Assembly: GCA_963666485.2 (NCBI GenBank)
Contig: CAXXUO010000001.1
Coordinates: 352,001-416,000, forward strand
Length of the DNA: 64,000 nt
DNA from: Syntrophorhabdaceae bacterium
GTDB taxonomy: Bacteria; Desulfobacterota; Syntrophorhabdia; Syntrophorhabdales; Syntrophorhabdaceae
Direction of reading: 5' to 3'
Positions 57,958-64,000 of this stretch are shown piece by piece. The notes beneath the pieces were generated by a model, which was not told the origin of the DNA, did not search any database, and saw nothing but the letters and a program-made list of their open reading frames with translations. How positions within the stretch are numbered: the stretch's first letter is position 1; every line of letters starts with the position of its first letter. Position numbers and translations under genes: made by a program.

Positions 57958-59538
57958 ATGTTCTACCTCATAACTTTCACCCTCATATACCTCGCGATCA
58001 CGATATATTTCAGCTATCTCGGGTACCGCAGGACGGTCACCGTCTCCGACTACCTGCTCGCGGGGCGGCAGGTCCATCCCCTGACAATGGGCCTCTCCTA
58101 CGGGGCGACGTACATAAGCACATCGGCGATCATCGGCTTCGGCGGCGTGAGCGCCGTTTACGGCTTCAGCATGTCCTGGCTTTCATTCTTGAACATTATG
58201 GTCGGCGTCTGGATCGCCTTCGTCATATTCGGCAAAAGAACCCGGAAAATGGGCAAGGCGCTCGATGCGCACACCTTTCCCGAACTGCTCGGCAGGCGGT
58301 ACCATTCCCGGTTCATTCAGGGCTTCTCGGGGTTCATGATCCTCGTTTTCATGCCTGTTTACACCGCTGCGGTCCTCGTCGGCATCTCCCGGTTCATCGA
58401 GGTGTACCTCAATATCCCGTTTTCCACCGCGTACCTCGCGTTTCTGCTGATAACCGCCTGCTTCGTCATATGGGGGGGTTTGAAAGGCGTCCTTTACACG
58501 AGCGCCTTCCAGGGTGTCATCATGGTCGTCTCGATGCTGGCGATCGGTATTACGGCCTACTGGGTGCTCGGCGGCATCTCCGCGGCCCATAAGGCCCTCG
58601 CTACACTCACCCCGTTCGTTCCCCAGGCAATGAAGCAAGCGGGCCACACGGGTTTCACGTCGATGCCCGCGGCTTTCTCATCGGTATGGTGGTACGTCAT
58701 AACGACCATGATCATGGGTGTCGGGATCGGCGTCATCGGCCAGCCCCAGCTCAATGTCCGGTTCATGACCCTCAAATCGGACCGCGAGTTGAACCGGTCG
58801 ATACCCTTCACCGCGATATTCATTCTCTTCACCACAGGCGTCGCCTACGCGGTCGGGGCCCTCACAAACGTATATTTCCATAATATGTATACAGAAATGC
58901 CTGTACAGGCTGTTCAGGGCAACCTGGACAAGATCATCCCGCTCTACATAGACCGGTTCTATCCCCCCTGGTTCGTTGCCCTTTTTCTCGTCGCCCTCAT
59001 GTCGGCCGCGATGAGCGCGGGCTCGAGCCAGTTCCACGCGCTCGGCACGTCCCTGTCGCGGGACATATTCGAACAGGCCCTCCTGAAAGGCCGGTCCGTG
59101 GCGGAGACGACGATCGTCACCCGCATCGGCATCGTCTTCAGCATCTTCGCCACGCTCATCATAGGCCTCATCCTCCCCGAGAGCATCGTGGCCGTTGCCA
59201 CCGCATTCTTTTTCGGCCTGTGCGGTGCGACCTTCATCCCGGCATACCTCTTCGGCCTGTACTGGAAGCGCGGGTCGAAAACAGGGGCCAAAGCGAGCAT
59301 CCTCTCCGGGTTTTTCGCATCCCTTATCTGGATGCTCCTTTTCCATGAGCAGGAATCCGCGGCATTCGGCCTGTGCGCGAAGCTGTTCAATGTGAAATGC
59401 CTTGCAGGCCACCCGTGGAACATGATCGACCCTCAAGTCATAGCCCTGCCGATATCGTTTATCGTTTTTGTCGTCGTCTCCCTGGTCACCCAGCCGGTGA
59501 GGGAGGAGACGGTGAAGAAGGCGTTTGTGCACATATAA
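57958..59538 (+). CDS. Sodium:solute symporter family protein
   Basis: DYLLAGR, GATYISTSAIIGFGG, GQPQLNVRFM, SAAMS, GLYWKR. Confidence 0.92.
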   Translation: MFYLITFTLIYLAITIYFSYLGYRRTVTVSDYLLAGRQVHPLTMGLSYGATYISTSAIIGFGGVSAVYGFSMSWLSFLNIMVGVWIAFVIFGKRTRKMGKALDAHTFPELLGRRYHSRFIQGFSGFMILVFMPVYTAAVLVGISRFIEVYLNIPFSTAYLAFLLITACFVIWGGLKGVLYTSAFQGVIMVVSMLAIGITAYWVLGGISAAHKALATLTPFVPQAMKQAGHTGFTSMPAAFSSVWWYVITTMIMGVGIGVIGQPQLNVRFMTLKSDRELNRSIPFTAIFILFTTGVAYAVGALTNVYFHNMYTEMPVQAVQGNLDKIIPLYIDRFYPPWFVALFLVALMSAAMSAGSSQFHALGTSLSRDIFEQALLKGRSVAETTIVTRIGIVFSIFATLIIGLILPESIVAVATAFFFGLCGATFIPAYLFGLYWKRGSKTGAKASILSGFFASLIWMLLFHEQESAAFGLCAKLFNVKCLAGHPWNMIDPQVIALPISFIVFVVVSLVTQPVREETVKKAFVHI

Positions 59539-59546
59539 AAACTGCG

Positions 59547-59641
59547 GTTCCGGGTTCAAAGTTCAAGGTTCAAGGCAAAGACGAAGACATAAAAGCGGAG
59601 GAATCTTCTGTCATTGAACTTTGAACCTTGAACTTTGAACC
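59547..59641. repeat. Inverted heptamer-arm cassette (GTTCAAR)n ... (YTTGAAC)n
   Basis: 4 units at 59547-59574, 38 bp spacer, 4 reverse units at 59613-59640. Confidence 0.9.
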
Positions 59642-59664
59642 AAAATCTTTTAACCGGAGGTATT

Positions 59665-59919
59665 ATGAAACACTATTTCCTTGGAATCGCCCTCACGAAC
59701 AGGGTCAAGAATGCACTCGAGCTCCAGAAGGTGCTCAGCGACTGCGCGTGCTACATCAAGACGCGGCTCGGGCTGCACGAGGTGAGCGAGAACCTGTGTG
59801 CGCCGAGCGGGATCGTCATCCTCGAGATATACGGGGGGAAGCCTGCCGTCGACGAGATGGAGGCGAAACTGAAAAAGATCGCGGGGCTCCAGGTCAAAAA
59901 AATGGTTTTCGATATGTAG
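59665..59919 (+). CDS. Small ACT/NikR-C-like protein resembling the TM1266 hydrogenase-regulator family
   Basis: GGAGG SD; IKTRLGLHE...C...GIVILE pattern; family call from memory. Confidence 0.6.
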   Translation: MKHYFLGIALTNRVKNALELQKVLSDCACYIKTRLGLHEVSENLCAPSGIVILEIYGGKPAVDEMEAKLKKIAGLQVKKMVFDM

Positions 59920-59939
59920 CCGGGACCAGAGAGTGCGAG

Positions 59940-60656
59940 ATGACCGTAACCGTTGCGCGGCTATTGCCGGTTGTAATTCTATGCCTCTGCCTTCCGGCCT
60001 TTATTGCCGGGGCCGCCGAAAAGGACTCGAACGTGCCTGACGAAGGTATCGCGCGCACATTGAGGGTCCTCGAAGGGGTATACCCTGCCTCGCCCCAGGT
60101 CGTCATCGTGACCCGGGCCGAGGCGCCCGGTCCCGATGCGCAGCTTTACGCATACGAGATGAATGACGAGGATGAATGGAAGCACGTCCTCGGCCCCGTG
60201 CCCGCCATGATCGGGCGGAACGGTTTCGCGCCGCCGGGGGAAAAGCGCGAAGGAGACGGAAGGACGCCGGCGGGGACCTATTACCTCGGTTTTGCCTTCG
60301 GCTACCTGCCGAAGGTCGATTCGGCCATGCCCTACCGCCGGATGACCAAGAATGACATCTGGGTGGACGACCCCGCTTCCCCCGACTATAACCGGCCGAA
60401 GAAACGGGGGGAGACGCAGGCCAAATCCTTTGAAGACATGGTCCTGCCCGATGACCGTTACAAGTACGGCATCGTCATCAGGTACAATATGGACCCCGTC
60501 GTCCCCGGACACGGCAGCGCCATCTTCCTTCACGTCTGGAAAGACCCCAAAACCCCCACCTCCGGCTGTGTCGCCGTGTCGGAAGAGAATATGCTGAAAT
60601 TGCTCAAATGGCTCGATCCGGGGAAAAGACCGGTAATCATGCTGGAAAAACCGTAA
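59940..60656 (+). CDS. L,D-transpeptidase (YkuD) family exported protein
   Basis: KREGDGRTPAG, GSAIFLH, PTSGCVA. Confidence 0.9.
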   Translation: MTVTVARLLPVVILCLCLPAFIAGAAEKDSNVPDEGIARTLRVLEGVYPASPQVVIVTRAEAPGPDAQLYAYEMNDEDEWKHVLGPVPAMIGRNGFAPPGEKREGDGRTPAGTYYLGFAFGYLPKVDSAMPYRRMTKNDIWVDDPASPDYNRPKKRGETQAKSFEDMVLPDDRYKYGIVIRYNMDPVVPGHGSAIFLHVWKDPKTPTSGCVAVSEENMLKLLKWLDPGKRPVIMLEKP

Positions 60657-60675
60657 GGCGCACTACGTAAAAAGT

Positions 60676-60836
60676 AAAACCTTGGGTCCCGGGTCAAGCC
60701 CGGGATGACGGTGTTTTTAGATTTTGGCGCAGATATGGGGGATTGTTTCTTGCGTTGAACGGTTGAACGGTTGAACCTTGAACCTTGAACCGTTTTTTAT
60801 CCGTCATCCCGGGCTTGACCCGGGACCCAAGGTTTT
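60676..60836. repeat. Perfect 36-bp inverted REP pair (CGTC ends facing inward) enclosing a mixed octamer/heptamer run
   Basis: 60676-60711 is the exact reverse complement of 60801-60836; (SGTTGAAC)3(CTTGAAC)2 at 60753-60790. Confidence 0.92.
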
Positions 60837-60900
60837 GATCCATTGGCAATCTTCTATATCGTCATTCATTTGCCCCCTTCATTCCCGCATTCCCACTGCC

Positions 60901-61005
60901 CGTCATTCCCGCGAAGCGGGAATCCAGTGTCTTTGTATTTTCAATTCGTTGTAGAGAATCTTCTTAAAGACGCTGGATTCCGCCGCAAAAGCCGGCGGAA
61001 TGACG
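60901..61005. repeat. CGTC-type REP doublet
   Basis: 60901-60934 and 60966-61005; the latter is the exact reverse complement of 39071-39110. Confidence 0.9.
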
Positions 61006-61022
61006 GATTAGATACTGTTTTT

Positions 61023-61174
61023 CGTTGAACGGTTGAACGGTTGAACGGTTGAACGGTTGAACGGTTGAACGGTTGAACGGTTGAACGGTTGAACGGTTGA
61101 ACGGTTGAACGGTTGAACGGTTGAACGGTTGAACGGTTGAACGGTTGAACGGTTGAACGGTTGAACGGTTGAAC
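61023..61174 (-). repeat. Octamer tandem array (GGTTGAAC)x19, i.e. GTTCAACC on the minus strand
   Basis: Read directly (18 perfect units plus one CGTTGAAC); abuts the terminator. Confidence 0.97.
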
Positions 61175-61206
61175 AAAAAAGCGCCCCAAAATGGGGCGCT
61201 TTTTTT
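61175..61206 (-). terminator. Intrinsic terminator (bidirectional form)
   Basis: A6-GCGCCCCA-aaa-TGGGGCGC-T7. Confidence 0.9.
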
Positions 61207-61219
61207 GATAGCGCAGCGT

Positions 61220-62818
61220 TTACTGTTTCTTGAACTCTTTTTCCATCGCTTCCTTCGCGGGTTTTACGTACATGTCGCGAAGTTTCGGTTTTTCGATCTT
61301 GCCGGCGGGGTTCCTGGGGATGGTCGTGTATACCATCTTTTCCGGCCATTTGTACTTCGCAAGGCCTTTTTCCTTCACGAAGTTGATGATCTCTTCGTCG
61401 ACTATGGTCTCGCCCTCTTTCGGCTGGATGATCGCCATAACGATCTCGACGAGCCTGGGGTGCGGGTAACCGAGGACTGCGACGTCCATGACCTTCGGGT
61501 GTTTCCTCAAAGCGTCTTCGATCTCGGCCGGGAAGATGTTCTCGCCGCCGCGGATGATGAGGTCTTTCGCCCTGTCGGCGAAGAAGATGAAACCTTCGTC
61601 ATCTTTGTAGGCAAGGTCGCCCGTGTAGAGCCAGCCGTCCTTGATCGTCTTGGCGGTCATTTCAGGGTTGAATGCATATTCTTTCATGAGGCGCGGGCCT
61701 TTGAGGAGAAGCTCGCCTACGCCGCCCGCGGGCAGTTCCTGGCCTGTTCCCGGGTCGATGACCTTGGCTTCCATGAATACGGTGGCCTTTCCGATGGAGC
61801 CCGGTTTTCTCATAATGTCTGCGTCATAGCAGTTCGTAAGACCGCCGCCGCCGCCTTCCGTGATGCCGTAGATGTTGGCTATCGGCAGTTTCGGGAATAT
61901 CTTCTTTGAATCCTCGAGCAGGACGTACGGTACAGGCTGTGCGCCTATCTCGATGTGGCTGAGTGCGGACAGGTCATACTTCGAAAGGTCGACCTGACCT
62001 GTCTTGATGGCGTTGATGACATCCGACCAGGTCGGGACCGTGTTCCAGCCGCCCGTGCACTTTTCGTCGGCCATGCTTCTCAGGTAAAATTCCGGCTGTG
62101 TTTCCATTGCCATGAGGACCTTGCCTGCGGCAATGTAGCAGGGGAACGACAGGAACAGCGTGCCGCTGTGGTAGAACGGGTGCGGCGCCAGATATACGCT
62201 GTTGTAGCCTTCATTGTAGGTCATCGCGTTGCCGAGACCTATGTGGAGCAGGCTGTCGTGTGTGTGGGAGACCGGTTTCGGTGCGCCGGTCGTACCCGAC
62301 GTGAACATGAGCTCTGCCATGTCATCGCTTTTTGTCTCGACACAAACGGGTGTTGCATCGCCCTTTGTCGCAATTTCCATATATGATTTTGTTCCGGCGG
62401 GGATCTTGTCGCCGAGGCAAATAAAGTTCTTGCAATAGTCCATATCTTTCATTATGGGTTCTACGCGGGCGTTGAACTGTTCGCCGAACATAAACACTTT
62501 GCACTTCGTAACATCGGCTGCGTACTTGATGTCGTCGCTGGCAAAACGGAAATTAAGCGGAGTTACGGTTGCGCCGGTCTTGAGCACGGCGATGAAGCTT
62601 GCATACCATTCCATGCAGTTCATCATGAGGTGAACAACGATGTCGCCTTTCTTGATGCCGCAATCCTTGATCAGGTAGTTGGCGACGCGATTTGCCTGGT
62701 CATCGAACTCTTTCCAGGTCAGGCTCCGGCGCTGGTTCTTGGACGGATAGCTCTCGATAATGAACTCTCGACTGGGAAATTTGCTCGCATTGAGGCCCGA
62801 AAACATTGCAAAATTCAT
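61220..62818 (-). CDS. Acyl-CoA synthetase (AMP-binding, class I adenylate-forming)
   Basis: FTSGTTGAPK, YGITE, GWLYTGD, RAKDLIIRGGENIFP, GKIEK. Confidence 0.94.
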   Translation of the reverse strand: MNFAMFSGLNASKFPSREFIIESYPSKNQRRSLTWKEFDDQANRVANYLIKDCGIKKGDIVVHLMMNCMEWYASFIAVLKTGATVTPLNFRFASDDIKYAADVTKCKVFMFGEQFNARVEPIMKDMDYCKNFICLGDKIPAGTKSYMEIATKGDATPVCVETKSDDMAELMFTSGTTGAPKPVSHTHDSLLHIGLGNAMTYNEGYNSVYLAPHPFYHSGTLFLSFPCYIAAGKVLMAMETQPEFYLRSMADEKCTGGWNTVPTWSDVINAIKTGQVDLSKYDLSALSHIEIGAQPVPYVLLEDSKKIFPKLPIANIYGITEGGGGGLTNCYDADIMRKPGSIGKATVFMEAKVIDPGTGQELPAGGVGELLLKGPRLMKEYAFNPEMTAKTIKDGWLYTGDLAYKDDEGFIFFADRAKDLIIRGGENIFPAEIEDALRKHPKVMDVAVLGYPHPRLVEIVMAIIQPKEGETIVDEEIINFVKEKGLAKYKWPEKMVYTTIPRNPAGKIEKPKLRDMYVKPAKEAMEKEFKKQ

Positions 62819-62871
62819 AATAACCCTCCTTGGTTAAACGCTTTTTTTTTATTGCTTTAAGTCCCAACAGC

Positions 62872-62901
62872 ATGATAAAAAGAATTAGGATTCTTTGTCA
62901 A
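62872..62901 (-). promoter_or_regulatory. Sigma70-type promoter for the minus-strand ligase
   Basis: Minus strand TTGACA-18 bp-TATCAT. Confidence 0.5.
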
Positions 62902-62941
62902 CAGTATTTTCAAAACCAAATACCTTCAGGAGGTCCCCCCC

Positions 62942-64000
62942 ATGGCAGAAGTCTTCACACACATCGGTGAAATTTTGGCACGGAACGCGCGCATGTACCC
63001 CAATGATGTAGCTCTCGTTGAACGCATACCCGCTGAGAAAAAGAGAATCGAACTGACCTGGAAGCAGTTTGACGACCAGGCCAACCAGTTTTCCAACGCC
63101 CTGGCAAAGATGGGCGCGAAAAAAGGCGACAAGATAGTCCATTTCATGAACAACTCCACGAAATGGCTCGTTGCCTATTTCGGCATTATCAGGACAGGGG
63201 CCTGGGTCGTACCCCTCAATTTCCGTTTTACGGCAGAAGATGTCAAATATTGCAGTGACGTTGCAGAACCCTCCATCATGGTTTTTGACGAAGAGTTCAC
63301 AGATAGGATCGAAGCGATAAAAGATCAGCTCCCCGGCGTGAAGAAATACATTGTCGTAGGCGACAAGGTCCCGGCGTGGGCAGAGTCATACGATAAGGTC
63401 ATCGCATCCGAATCGACCGCAAACTTGAACGTTACGCTCCTTCCGACCGACGAGTGCGGTCTTTACTTCACATCAGGCACGACGGGCCAGCCGAAACCGA
63501 TCCTCCTGACCCATCTCAACATGTTCACCGCCTGCGTGACGGAGAATGCACACCACTATCAGAAAAAGAACGACTGCTTCATCCTCATCCCGCCGCTCTA
63601 CCATACGGGCGCGAAGATGCACTGGTTCGGCAGCTTCATCGTCGGCAGCAAGGCAGTTATCCTGAAAGGCGTGTCCCCGGAATGGACCCTCGAGGCAGTG
63701 AGCGAAGAGGGCGGCACCATCGTGTGGCTCCTCGTTCCCTGGGCGCAGGACATCCTGCTCAAATTCGACAAGGGCGAGATGAAGCCGTCAAACTACAAAC
63801 TCGACCAGTGGCGCCTCATGCACATAGGCGCACAGCCCGTTCCCCCGGCGCTCATCAAGCACTGGAAAGAATATTTCCCGGGTATGGACTACGACACGAA
63901 CTTCGGCCTCTCCGAATCGACCGGCCCCGGCTGCGTGCACCTCGGGCTTGGCAACGAGCATAAGATCGGCGCGATCGGCATCCCCGGCTTCAACTGGGAA
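62942..64000 (+). CDS. Acyl-CoA synthetase, 3'-truncated by window edge (absent from ORF track)
   Basis: AGGAGG SD; MAEVFTHIGEILARNARMYP...LTWKQFD...YFTSGTTGQPKP...PLYHTG...IGAQPVP...FGLSE. Confidence 0.92.
   Translation, partial: MAEVFTHIGEILARNARMYPNDVALVERIPAEKKRIELTWKQFDDQANQFSNALAKMGAKKGDKIVHFMNNSTKWLVAYFGIIRTGAWVVPLNFRFTAEDVKYCSDVAEPSIMVFDEEFTDRIEAIKDQLPGVKKYIVVGDKVPAWAESYDKVIASESTANLNVTLLPTDECGLYFTSGTTGQPKPILLTHLNMFTACVTENAHHYQKKNDCFILIPPLYHTGAKMHWFGSFIVGSKAVILKGVSPEWTLEAVSEEGGTIVWLLVPWAQDILLKFDKGEMKPSNYKLDQWRLMHIGAQPVPPALIKHWKEYFPGMDYDTNFGLSESTGPGCVHLGLGNEHKIGAIGIPGFNWE

Noticed and set aside
409..61174. Tandem arrays or REP clusters as CRISPR arrays
   Set aside because: No 23-47 bp repeats separated by regular unique spacers, and no cas genes.
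60941..61349. ORFs of STVQPFNR repeats
   Set aside because: Translations of the octamer array that run through a terminator and REPs.

Overview
Chromosomal, housekeeping-rich window from a GC-rich (roughly 55-60% by eye) anaerobic bacterium that looks deltaproteobacterial (Desulfobacterota, possibly Syntrophorhabdus-like; this is inference from gene content only). In order it holds: a cNMP-binding protein; thiD-thiC-xseA; a sigma54-driven ZraP/Spy-like envelope-stress operon with its two-component system; an MlaEFD-PqiC ABC system; a small kinase/receiver pair; trpS and an ftsB-like gene; a ~16 kb LPS core/glycan locus; a radical SAM gene; a condensation-domain protein; ansB, murI and a degenerate priA; a second sigma54 module; carD-PIN/TRAM-ispD-ispF-gltX2; an ankyrin protein; gltX and smc; two sodium:solute symporters with small partner proteins; an L,D-transpeptidase; and two divergent acyl-CoA ligases. 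I saw no rRNA, tRNA, CRISPR array, transposase or prophage gene. The most unusual signals are: (1) a polarised family of 7/8/14-bp repeats at gene 3' ends, found both as inverted-arm cassettes and as long perfect arrays; (2) CGTC-tagged REP doublets; (3) a sigma54 activator with a winged-helix-like C-terminus instead of a Fis HTH, next to a -24/-12 promoter and three identical-arm palindromes; (4) a PriA lacking its ATPase motifs; (5) an apparent WaaF-HldA fusion and a triple-frameshifted DegT gene, either of which may be a sequencing artefact; (6) an unlisted 29-aa membrane peptide.
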